Made by a program: the position numbers and the translations under genes
Source of the DNA: an uncultured Alphaproteobacteria bacterium
Lineage (GTDB): Bacteria > Pseudomonadota > Alphaproteobacteria > Rhizobiales > Xanthobacteraceae
Assembly: GCA_963759345.1 (NCBI GenBank)
Contig: CAVWYW010000017.1
Span: 314,507-378,506, forward strand
Direction of reading: 5' to 3'
DNA: 64,000 nucleotides
The notes under the pieces: generated by a model
What the model was told of the DNA's origin: nothing
The model's input: the letters and a program-made list of their open reading frames with translations, nothing else
Databases searched by the model: none
Part shown: positions 19,121 to 29,152 of the stretch, piece after piece
Numbering within the stretch: position 1 is the first letter of the stretch
Layout of the letters: the number at the start of each line of letters is the position of its first letter

Positions 19121-19777
19121 TCAAAATTCGACGTCGAGCTCTTCAAGCTCGTCGGGCTCGACTTTGGCCGCCGCGATCCATTCCTGCATCAGCGGCATTG
19201 CCATGATGGTGCGGCAGTATTGCGCCGACACCGGATCTAGCGCGACGTCGTACGTGACAAAGCGGGTGCAAACCGGAGCGTACATGGCGTCGGCGGCACA
19301 GGGCTTTTTGCCGAACAGGTATGGTCCCTGGTACTTCTCCAGGCATTCGCGCCAGATCGCGGTGATGCGCTCGATATCGCCGCGGGCGCCGGCCCAGGAT
19401 TTGAAGCCCGGAAAATGCGCTTTGAGATTCATCGGCAGCGCCGAGCGCAGATTGGCGAAGCCGGAATGCATCTCACCGCAGATCGCGCGGCAATGCGCGC
19501 GTTGCGCTTGATCGGCCGGCAACAGGCCCGCTTCGGGCTTGATCTCATTCAGATATTCGACGATCGCCAGCGTGTCCCAAACCTTCAGCCCGTCGTGGAT
19601 CAGGCAAGGCACCAGGAAGGACGGCGACAGCAACAGCAATTCCGCGCGCGTCGAGGGGTCATCGGTGCCGACATGCTGTTCATCGAAATCGAGGCCGGAC
19701 ATTTTGCAGAGCAACCAGCCGCGCAGCGACCATGAGCCATAATTCTTGCTTGCAATTGTCAGGGTGGCCTTAGACAT
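19121..19777 (-). CDS. Glutathione S-transferase family protein
   Basis: Intact 218-aa ORF with ..NYGSWSLRGWLL....GL.F........, VPCLIHDGLKVWDTLAIVEYL (GST N-terminal fold) and a helical C-terminal domain. Confidence 0.85.
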   Translation of the reverse strand: MSKATLTIASKNYGSWSLRGWLLCKMSGLDFDEQHVGTDDPSTRAELLLLSPSFLVPCLIHDGLKVWDTLAIVEYLNEIKPEAGLLPADQAQRAHCRAICGEMHSGFANLRSALPMNLKAHFPGFKSWAGARGDIERITAIWRECLEKYQGPYLFGKKPCAADAMYAPVCTRFVTYDVALDPVSAQYCRTIMAMPLMQEWIAAAKVEPDELEELDVEF

Positions 19778-20002
19778 TGAGCGCTCGTGATGGCGGGAAG
19801 GTTGCTGTTTATCAATCGGTTACGGCCAATTTCAGGGATTCGGCGGTGCTTGCTTCCGCGCACCGATTCCCGCGTTCCGCTCCCTTAATGCAGGATGTTC
19901 ACAATTTTGTCGCAGCGCAACAAGAAATGCACTAGTTTCCCCGCGCTTGGGGGGTCGCAGGTGTGCTGTCGCCAGACAGCCTACGGCGCCCGTGGGTAAC
20001 GG

Positions 20003-21214
20003 ATGCTGTATTTCGCCTATCAGACCCACGCCGACATTATAACGCCGATGAAAGCGTGGGCGACCATGGCGCTTGCCGCCGGCCGCCAGCCGCTCGTCGC
20101 CGAAAATTCCGCCATCCGCAATCTGACCGCGGCTTACGAGTTGGTCTCGCGGATGGGGCTGACCCATACCCGCCCGCCCTTTGCCATCCGCTCGATCAAC
20201 GTCGGCAACCGCGAGGTCGAAGTCCGCGAGGAGGCCGCGCACAAGACGCCGTTCGGCACGCTGCTTCACTTCAAGAAGGATGTTGCGACGACGCAGCCGC
20301 GCGTGCTGCTGGTAGCGCCGCTGTCCGGGCACTTCGCCACGCTGCTGCGGGCGACGGTGCGTACGATGCTTCCGGATCATGACGTTTTCATCACCGACTG
20401 GCACAATGCGCGCGACATCCCGCTGATCGCGGGCCGCTTCGGCGTCGATGAATATGTCGACCATCTGATCAAGTTTCTCGAAGTGATGGGGCCCGGCTCT
20501 CACGTCCTTGCGGTGTGCCAGCCCTGCGTCGCGGTACTCTCCGCCGTTGCGGCGATGGCGCAGCAGAGCAATCCGGCGCAGCCGCGTTCGATGACGCTGA
20601 TGGCCGGACCGATCGACTGCCGCGTCAATCCGACCAAAGTGAACGATCTTGCCAACAAGCGCGACATGGCCTGGTTCGAGCGGATGCTCACCGCATCGGT
20701 GCCGATCCGTTATCCTGGCGCGTTCCGCCGGGTCTATCCGGGTTTCGTTCAGCTCACCGCCTTCATGAGCATGAACATCGAGCGGCACGTGAAAGCGCAC
20801 AAGGAGCTTTACGAGCATCTCGCCAACGGCGAAACCGAAAAGGCGGCGACCACCAAAGCCTTCTACGACGAATATTTCGCCGTGCTCGATCTCACCGCCG
20901 AGTTTTATCTGGAGACGGTGCGGCTGATCTTCCAGGAATACGCGCTGCCGCTCGGCAAGCTGGAATGGCACGGCACCCGCATCGATCCGAGCGCGATCCG
21001 CCGCACCATGCTGCTCACGGTCGAAGGCGAGCGCGACGACATCTGCGCCGTCGGCCAGACCGTCGCGGCGCACGACCTGTGCAGCAAGCTCCGCCCATAT
21101 CTGAAGCGCCACCACATGCAGGCCGGCGTCGGCCATTACGGCGTGTTCTCCGGCAAGCGCTGGGAGAACCAGGTTTATCCGATCGTCAAGAACGTGATCC
21201 TGTCGAGCGATTGA
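20003..21214 (+). CDS. phaZ: Intracellular polyhydroxyalkanoate (PHB) depolymerase
   Basis: Intact 403-aa ORF. MLYFAYQTHADI..P......., ..LLHFKKD...QPRVLLVAPLSGHFATLLR.TV..MLPDHDV.ITDW.NARD.., ..VCQP.V..L.A.A.M., ..EGE.DDI...GQT.AAHDLC. Confidence 0.85.
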   Translation: MLYFAYQTHADIITPMKAWATMALAAGRQPLVAENSAIRNLTAAYELVSRMGLTHTRPPFAIRSINVGNREVEVREEAAHKTPFGTLLHFKKDVATTQPRVLLVAPLSGHFATLLRATVRTMLPDHDVFITDWHNARDIPLIAGRFGVDEYVDHLIKFLEVMGPGSHVLAVCQPCVAVLSAVAAMAQQSNPAQPRSMTLMAGPIDCRVNPTKVNDLANKRDMAWFERMLTASVPIRYPGAFRRVYPGFVQLTAFMSMNIERHVKAHKELYEHLANGETEKAATTKAFYDEYFAVLDLTAEFYLETVRLIFQEYALPLGKLEWHGTRIDPSAIRRTMLLTVEGERDDICAVGQTVAAHDLCSKLRPYLKRHHMQAGVGHYGVFSGKRWENQVYPIVKNVILSSD

Positions 21215-21234
21215 GCGGAAGTGGCTAACCGGCG

Positions 21235-21465
21235 AAAGGCCCCGCAGGCCAACTGATCGGCCGAGTTTTGGCCAATCGCTATCGTGACGGCCTAGAGCGG
21301 GCGGGATGGAGCGGCCATCACAGTTTCGTGTTCATTCCGCGCGATGGCGTTGCCTTCGCTAAGATGTGGTGGTGGTCACGCGTTCGCTCGACGGCGTCGC
21401 GCTGGAACTGACGATCGAGGCCTGGCGCAGGCCGCCGCGATGTCCCGAGGCCGCGAATGCGTGAG
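21235..21465 (+). pseudogene. Orphan 3' fragment paralogous to the tail of the Hint-domain gene (26340-26540)
   Basis: GQLIGRVLANRYRDGLERAGWSGHHSFVFIPRDGVAFAK / DVVVVTRSLDGVALELTIEAWRR aligns with GQILANCYREDLKQAGIGSGHHGFEFVLPAELLFAPKDIDVRRSVDGAALELTIDAWRAR. There is no upstream coding partner and one internal frame break. Confidence 0.6.
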
Positions 21466-21573
21466 CGCGGTGGCTTAGCGACGCATCGATGTTCGCCGCA
21501 CTGAGCGGACGAAGGGGATATCCGTTGTTGGCGTAGCGGTGACCCGCGAGGGTCGAAAGAGTTGGTGGGATAG

Positions 21574-24082
21574 GTGTCAGTGGCGGAAACAGCGGCTTCC
21601 GATCTCGGTAACGACCGCGTTGGAATGTTGACCGCGCTGCGCGACCAAGGCGCCGCACGCTTGCGCGCAAATTCTTTCGTCGAAGCGATCGAACTACTTG
21701 CCCGCGCCGTTTCGCTCGAGCCGAACGATCCAAAGGCACAACTCAGTCTCGGCGTCGCTTTGCAAAGCGCCGGTCGTCACGCCGATGCCGTAAGGGTCCT
21801 TGCGTCCGTGCAAAAGTTGCTGCCGGACGATCCAACAGCGTTCCTGCATGCTGCGTCGTCGCTGCTCGCTCTCGGAGACGCGGTCGGTGCGCTGCGTGCC
21901 GCAAGCGATGCGTGCCACCGCGACCCGAGGCTGCCGCAAGCGCATTATATGTACGGGCGGGCTTGGTTGGCTCAGAACGATCCCACGAAAGCCGAGCGTG
22001 CTTTTGCCGAAGCGCTTCGGCTCGCGCCGGGATCGGCCGACGCCTGGGTCAGTTATGGTATTGCCCGATACAACCAGGGCGCCACCGAAGACGCCAAGAC
22101 CGCGATGCGCCAGGCGCTCAAGTTCGCGCCGAACCATTCGACGGCGTCATCAAATCTCGCCGCCTTTATGCGGATCAGCGGCGAATCCGAAGCCGCCGTA
22201 CAATTGCTTCAGGCGACCATCACCAGAGATCCAAATAACACCGGAGCACGGCTTAACCTGGCGGCGGACTTTTTGCAGGACGAACGCGCCGGCGACGCGT
22301 TGGCGGTGCTTGACGGGGCGCCGCCGGCCAGCGGTGGTCTGCGCGCGGCGCGCCACTGGCATCTGCAGAAGTCGCTGGCGCTCCTGCAGCTTGGCCACGC
22401 AACGGAGGCAAAAGCAGAGCTTGATGCTCTCTCCGCCCTCGGCCCGATCCCGCCCGGTCTCGCGCCGCTGTGGCACTGGCGCCAGGTGCTGCTGGCGCAC
22501 GCCGACAACGACCTGCCGCGTGCGTGTGCGGCGGCCGAGCAGATGGAAGCGGCGCTCGAAACGATGGGGCCGGAGGCCGTTCTCGAACACCGTGTTATGG
22601 GGCACTACGACCTCGCCAAGTTCTGGTCGGGGCAAAATGCCCGCTCGCGTGCATTCGCGCATTGGCAAGCGGGCCACAAGCTCATCAAAAGGAGCCAACC
22701 ATTTTCGCGTGACGCGCACCGCTCTTTCGTCGACGCCAATATCGCCGCCTTCGATAAGGATCGCTTCGTCAACGGTCCGCGGGCGCAGAACGCCGATCCC
22801 GCGCCGGTCTTCATTGTCGGCATGCCGCGCTCGGGCACGACCTTGTGCGAACAAATTCTCGCCGCGCACGCGCAGGTTCTCGGAGCCGGCGAAAGGAATG
22901 CGCTTCCGACCGCGCTTTCACGCGCTGGGCGGTGGAGAAGATCAGGCCGGGTCGGTTCGCCGTATTGCCGCGCTCGGCGCCGGTGCGCTCGACGCTGCGG
23001 CATCGCAATATCTCGCCGAACTTCATGCGCTTGCGCCGGACAAGGCCCGTATCGTCGACAAGCTTCCCGGCAACTTCAACTATCTCGGCCTTGTCGGCCT
23101 GATGCTGCCGGGCGCGAAGATCATTTACTGCGCGCGCGACCCGCGCGACATCGGGCTGTCGATTTTCACCTTCCGCTTCCACGGCGCGCACGGCTACGCG
23201 CACGATCTTGCCAATCTCGGCTGGTATATCGGCGAGCACGACCGGCTGATGCAGCATTGGAAGACCGTGCTGCCGAATCCAATCCTCACCGTGAATTTGT
23301 CGGATTGGGTCGAGGATTTTGACGGTACGCTCGCTCGCGTTTTGGCGCATGCCGATCTGCCGCCCGATCCCAACTGTGCGCGCTTCTACGAAGGCGACAA
23401 CCGCGTGCGAACGGTCAGTTACGCACAAGTGCGCCAACCGGTTAACGCGCGCGGCATCGGCCGCTGGAAGGCCTATGCCGCAGAGCTTGCGCCGTTGATC
23501 GGCGAGCTCGAGAAGGCGGGATTGATCGCTCCCGACCAAACGAAGATTGCCGACCGGTCAGCAGGCTCGCCGGAGCTGAGCTTGTGGAAGCCGGCTGAGC
23601 CCGCCACTGCGCTCGGCTTGGCGGTCGAGTTTCTCATGAAGGAGCCGGTGTTCGCGAGATTGCCATTCGGCGACTGGTCGCAGGTGCTGATCGGGCAGAT
23701 CAATCGCGATCAGTTTTGTTTTGTCGTTGACGCACAGCGGCGCGTCCAGGGATTTCTCGGCTGGGCATACACGCAAGAACGTCTCGCCGAGCAATGGGTC
23801 GAGAGCCGCGCGTCGCTCACCGACGAGGATTGCCGGGAAGGCGATTGCGTCATTATCAACGCCTGGGCAGCCTCTTCGACGGCAGCGCATCGGCTGTTGA
23901 TCGATGAAGGGCTCAAGCTGTTCGGTCGAAAGCTCCGAATCTATGCCCGGCGATACAACATCCGCGGTCGGCCCCGGCCGCTACGGATCGGTGGCCATGA
24001 GGCGGCCGACAAATTTGCGGCGATGATGCGGGCGGTCGCCAACGTTCAGGATGAAAACGCGACGCGTCGTCAGGACGCCTAG
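21574..24082 (+). CDS. TPR-repeat sulfotransferase continuing without a stop into an HlyC/RtxC-like acyltransferase-type domain; one frame break near 22900
   Basis: TPR helices span 21.6-22.7 kb. Sulfotransferase motifs are PVFIVGMPRSGTTL and YCARDPRDIGLS..GRWKAY. The C-terminus reads LGLAVEFLMKEPVFARLPFGDW..FCFVVD..VQGFLGWAYTQERLAEQW..LTDEDCREGDCVIINAWAA. Confidence 0.65.
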
Positions 24083-24109
24083 GAAAAGCAAACAGGTCGG
24101 TGAGCAGTC

Positions 24110-26596
24110 ATGGGCAACGTCTACACGGTTACCACGACGTCGGATGTCGATCCGAGTCCCGGCAACGATCTGACGCTGAGCGAGGCGATCAATGACGCCA
24201 ACGCCAATCCCGGCTCGACCATTGATTTCTCACCATCGGTCTTCACGGCGGGAAACGACACCTACACGCTGACCGGCACGCTGCCGGAGATCACCGCCAA
24301 CGTCACCATCGACGGCACGACCACCGACGGTCAGGGCATCACGCTCGACGGCGGCGGCAAGTATCAAGGCCTCTACGTCTATTCGGGTACGGCCGTCATT
24401 GAAAACCTCACGCTCGACGACACGCCCGCCATCGGCCAAGCCGGAAGTAATGGTGCTGACGGCAACGCCGTCTTCACTCCTGGGGGTGGTGGTGTATTTG
24501 GCGCGGGTGGCGGTGGCGGCGGCGGTGCGGGCCTTGGCGGCGGCCTCCTGGTCGGGAGTCGAGCGTCGGTCACGTTGAGCAACGTCGCCTTCGCGGCGGA
24601 GTTGGCGACGGGCGGCCAAGGCGGCGCTGGCGGCAGCTACGATGTCACACACGATATGGGTAACAACCGCGGCGGGTCGGGCGGCGGTTTTGAGAGCGGC
24701 GCCGGCGGCCAAGGCGCCCAGACAAAGGGTGTCGGTGGCAGTGCCGGCGGTTTCGGTGCCGGGGGTGGCGGTGGCGCGGGGAGCGCCGGGACAGGTGGAG
24801 CCGGCGGCTTCGGCGGGGGTGGCGGTGGCGGCGGCGGGCTCTCGAAGCCTGGCGAGAACGGGGCCGGAGTTGGTGGTGCTGGTGGGTTCGGCGCTGGCGC
24901 CGGCCGCGGGATCGCAGGTCCCTTCAGTTTAAGCGGTGGCGGCGGTGGCGGCGGCCTTGGCGCCGGCGGCGACATTTTTGTCGAACAAGGCGGATCGCTG
25001 ACGATCGATGCCGCTTCGCTTGGCGCGGCGACGGTGAGTGGCGGCCTCCTCGGTTCTGATGGTGAGGGCAACACCGCCGGGACCGGCGGAGCCTACGGCA
25101 GCGGGCTCTTCATCCAGGGCGACCAGTCGGTGACCTTTGCACCGGCCGCGGACCAGACCGTTACCATCTCCGGCGTCGTTGCCGATCAGAGCGGGTCGGG
25201 CGGCACCGGCGTCAACGCCGGCACAGGATCGTTGATCATGGACGGTGCCGGCGCGCTGGTGCTCGCCGCCGACAACATGCCCGGCTCGTCGAGCGACCCC
25301 GACCACGGGGGTTTCACCGGCGGCATCACGATCGAAGCGGGGACGGTCGATCTGACGGCGGCGGGCGCGGCCGGCTCAGGTCCGATCACCTTCGATCCCG
25401 GCACGCTGGAATTTACGCCGGCGACAGCACCGACCAACGAGATCGACGGTTTCGGCGCCGGCGACAGCATCCAGATTGACGATTTTCGGGAGACGTCGGC
25501 GCCGACTTACGCAAACGGCATCCTGACGCTCACGGGAACGGATGAAAACGGAAATCCAATTTCGCCTTTTACCCTCGACATTCCGGGGCAGGCGCTCGGG
25601 AATTTCCAGGTCAATGTCGGTTCGACCGACACGGTGATCGACTACGCCGCCTGCTATTGCGCAGGCACGCTCATCCGCACGGCGTGCGGGGAACAAGCGA
25701 GTTGAGAAGCTTAAGATTGGCGATGAGGTGATGACCGCGTCCGGCGTGGCGCGGCCGATCAAATGGACGGGCGCAGAAGCTACCTTGGGCGCTTCGTGAT
25801 GGGACGGAAAGACATTCTCCCGGTCTGCATCAAAGCCAGCGCGCTCGACGACAACGTGCCCAAACGTGATCTGTGGATTTCGCCGAACCACGCCATGTTT
25901 GAGATCTGGACGGCGTGCTGATCGAGGCGAAAGACCTCGTCAACGGCGTCTCAGTCGTGCAGGTCGAGAGGTCGAGCAAGTCGAATACTTCCACATCGAG
26001 CTTGAGACCCACGACGTGATCGTCGCCGAGGGCGCGCTGTCGGAGACGTTCATCGACGACGACAGCCGCGGAATGTTCCACAACGCGCACGAATACCGCG
26101 TGCTCTACCCGGGGGCGGCGGCGGTCGCGCGCTTATTGCGCGCCGCGGCTTGACGATGGCTACGAAGTGGAGGCGATCCGGCGGCGCCTCGCGCGGCGCG
26201 CCGGATTGGTCTCGGAGGAGACCTCGACGTTGGCGGGCCAGCTGCGCGGTTTCATCGATCGGATCACGCCGCATGTCCTTGAAGGCTGGGCGCAGAACGT
26301 CGATCATCCGGAGGCGCCGGTTTGTTTGGACATCTTTGCCGGCTGACCGACTGATTGGTCAGATACTGGCCAATTGTTATCGAGAGGATCTCAAGCAAGC
26401 CGGCATCGGCAGCGGTCATCATGGCTTTGAGTTCGTACTGCCAGCGGAGCTTTTGTTCGCTCCCAAAGACATCGATGTGCGGCGCTCGGTCGACGGTGCG
26501 GCGCTGGAGCTGACAATCGACGCCTGGCGAGCGCGTGCGATCCGCCGCTTAGCCCGCCTCCTTTCCTTTGCGCCGCCGGTAAAGCGTGCCGGCTAG
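24110..26596 (+). pseudogene. Gly-rich CSLREA-type beta-helix protein with C-terminal Hint domain and about 150-aa tail; the last 0.9 kb has at least 6 frame breaks
   Basis: 24110-25705 is one open frame (YTVTTTSD..LSEAINDAN..IDF, poly-Gly tracts, beta-strand repeats). Then C.CAGTLIRT..VEKLKIGDEVMTASG.ARPIKW..LWISPNHAMF..VEYFHIELETHDVIVAEG (Hint). The tail ends ..LELTIDAWRARAIRR.. with a stop at 26594-26596. Confidence 0.65.
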
Positions 26597-26666
26597 CGGG
26601 ACAGGTCGCGTTGGGAGTAGGCTTGTTTCGCGCGTATCGTCTTTAGCGCGCGGACAGGAGGCGCAC

Positions 26667-27043
26667 ATGGTCACAAGCGTCAAACAAATGCTGGAAGCCG
26701 CCAACGCTGCGGTGCCGAAGATTACGCCGGCGCAGGCGAGGAGATGATCGCGAAAGGCGACACGCTCGTGGTCGACGTGCGCGACGCGCCCGAGGTGCAG
26801 GCGAGCGGCAAGGTGGCGGGCGCCGTCCATGTCTCCCGCGGCATGCTGGAGTTCCGCGCCGATCCGGATTTGCCCTCGCACGACAAGAATTTCAGCAAGG
26901 ACAAGACCGTCATTCTTTATTGCGGCTCGGGCGGGCGCGCCGCGCTCGCCGGCAAGATGCTCAAGGATTTGGGCTACGAGAAAGTTTACAATCTCGGCGG
27001 GTTCAAAGACTGGGCCGACTCGGGCGGCGCGGTGGAGAAGTAA
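26667..27043 (+). CDS. Rhodanese-like (sulfurtransferase) single-domain protein; one frame break near 26737
   Basis: MVTSVKQMLEAANAAVPKITPAQA / EMIAKGDTLVVDVRDAPE..G.V.GAVHVSRGMLEF..D....., VILYCGSGGRAALAGKMLKDLGY.KVYNLGGFKDW. Confidence 0.75.
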
Positions 27044-27080
27044 TCAAGCCGACGTTGCTAGGGACGCGGCTCCGCGGAGA

Positions 27081-29134
27081 TCACCGCATCGCGGCTGCGA
27101 TATTGCCGCCGTCGACGGTGGTGACGTCGGCCGTGGTCTTCAGCGCCAGCGCCTGATGCACAAACGCTTGCGCCACATCCTCCGCCGTCACTTCGCGGCC
27201 GAGCAGATTGCCGCTCATATAGTCTTTTTCACTTAAGCCTCGCGCCTTGGAGCGCGACGCGATCATTTCCTTTGTCAGCAGCCCGGAGCGGATGCGGTCG
27301 GCATTGACGGCGTTGGCGCGGATGCCGTCTGCGCCGTAATCGAGCGCGTATTGGCGCATCAGCGCCAGCAGCGCCGCTTTCGGGATCCCGTACGGGCCGA
27401 AATTCGGGCCGGGATTGACCGCCTGTTTGGAGACGTTGAAGAGGAGGCAGCCGCCGGTTTTCTGGGCCAGCATGATTTTGACCGCCGCCTGCGCGGCGCG
27501 CTGCTGGCCGTAAAAATTCAGCTCAAAGCTTTTGCGCAAAACTTCTTCGTCGACCTCGCCGATGCGGCCTTGCCAGGCCGCGCCGGCATTGGCGACCAAG
27601 ATATCGACGCCGCCGAAGGCCGCTGCTACGGCATCGAAGGCAGCGTGCACGGAAGCCGCGTCGGTCACGTCGCATTGCACCGGTAATGCGGTCGGACCGA
27701 TCGCCTCGGCCTTCTCGCGCGCCGCGGCGAGATTGAGGTCGAGCAGGGCGACTTCCGCGCCCGCCGCGGCGAACGCCTTCGCGGTCGCTGCGCCGATGGC
27801 GCCCGCGGCGCCGGTGACGACCGCAATCTGGCCGGCCAGCGGCGGCTCCTTGCGCGCGCCGAGCTTGGCTTGCTCCAGCGGCCAATATTCGACGTCAAAC
27901 ATGTCGGCCTCCGAGATCGACTCGAAGCGGCCGATGCTTTCCGCGCCGGTGACGACAGCGATCCATTCCTCGGCGATGTCGGCGGCGATGACCGCGTCGC
28001 GTTTGGAGCGGCCCAAACCAAAAAGACCGAGCCCCGGAACCAGGACAACGCGGGGCAGGGGATCGAGCTCGTGCTTGATCCCGCCGACACGATGGTTGTG
28101 ATGCGAAAAATAGTTGCGGTAGCGCTCGGCGAAATCGCCTGCCGCTTTGCGCGCCGCCGCGGCGAAATCATCCAGCTTGCCGGTCTGAGGCGCAGGCAAA
28201 ACCAGCGGCCAGTTCTTGGTGCGAATGGTGTGATCCGGCGTCACCACGCCCGCCTGGCTCAAGCGCGGCAAATCGTCGGCGTTGACGAATGCCTGAAGCG
28301 TTGTTGCCGGCGAAAATCCAACACCAGCCTTCGCCAGGCGCCTTCGATGTTTTCGTCTCTTTCACTGCACGCGCCGCGCACAATCGGCGCGACTTCGGCG
28401 AGTGAGGCGGCCTCGCGCCGCGCGGTGACGGCGGCGGATTTGCCGTGCCGGGCAATGAAATCTTCCGCCAGCGACACCATCTCGATCATGCGCTCATAGG
28501 CTTCGCGCGCGGTTTCGCCGAAGGTGACGATGCCGTGCTTGCTGAGAATGAGCCCGTCGCTTGGTTTGTTTCGCTCGAAAACCTCGATCGCGGCTTTGGC
28601 CAGGCCGAAACCGGGCATGAGGTAGGGCACGAACGCCAGCCGGCCGCGAAACACTTCCGCGCATTTTTCTTCGCCGCGCGGCTGATCGATCACGCTGAGC
28701 ACCGCCGTCGCATGGGTGTGATCGATGAATTTGTGCGGCAGGAACGCATGCAACATGATCTCGACGGACGGATTTGGCGCTGCCGGATCGATCAGGTTGG
28801 CGCGCTCAATGGCCACCAGCTCTTCGTCGGCGATGGCGTCGATCGCGCGCAGTTGGCGCAACGGCGCAAGCCGTACCGCGGGCAGCCCTTCAGGCTCGGT
28901 GGTTGCCATGTCGGCGCCGGAGGCTTTCACCCGCAAAACCTCGACATCCTCACCGAGCAGATCGCGGGCGCGGGTCTTCAGCGAGGTGTTGCCGCCGCCG
29001 TGGAGGACGAGCTTTGGATCGCGGCCGAGAAGCCGCGTGGTGTAGACCCGAAGCGCCAGGTCGCGCTCGACGCCCGCCCTGGCGCCGTGGGCGACGATCG
29101 CCTCGGCGTCACGGTCGACCCACGCGCTTTTCAT
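27081..29134 (-). CDS. Bifunctional class II aldolase / short-chain dehydrogenase; one frame break near 28318
   Basis: N-terminal half: ..LVLHGGGNTS.K......G....VL.VK.SG.DM.. (aldolase/adducin). It joins ..FVNADDLPRLSQAGVVTPDHTIRTKN to the SDR half with VVTGAAGAIG and ..YG..KAA.... Confidence 0.8.
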
Positions 29135-29152
29135 GGCGTGTCGAGAGTTGGA

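Noticed and set aside
19832-21136. Long antisense ORFs in the track: 19832-21136(-), 29780-32287(+), 58869-60938(-), 61132-62889(-), 617-1591(-), 34611-35540(-), 35682-36656(-), 17714-18703(-), 62918-63733(-).
   Set aside because: Each lies opposite a gene with clear family signatures (phaZ, rne, sufB, sufD, EAL, mrcA, AIDA-repeat protein, sufS). Their translations are Arg/Gly/Ala/Pro-rich with no recognisable motifs. This is the usual stop-poor antisense artefact of high-GC DNA.
23473-23600. A separate start codon for the HlyC-like module (TTG candidates near 23520 and 23580) that would make it an independent gene.
   Set aside because: No ATG or GTG with a convincing RBS is present, and the frame is open from the sulfotransferase. 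I left it as one ORF and flagged the ambiguity.
24450-24970. Highly repetitive GGC/GGT-rich tract that could be taken for a simple-sequence repeat or a CRISPR-like array.
   Set aside because: It has no regular repeat-spacer periodicity. It is in frame within the 24110 ORF and encodes poly-Gly/GGAGG tracts, so it is coding low-complexity sequence.
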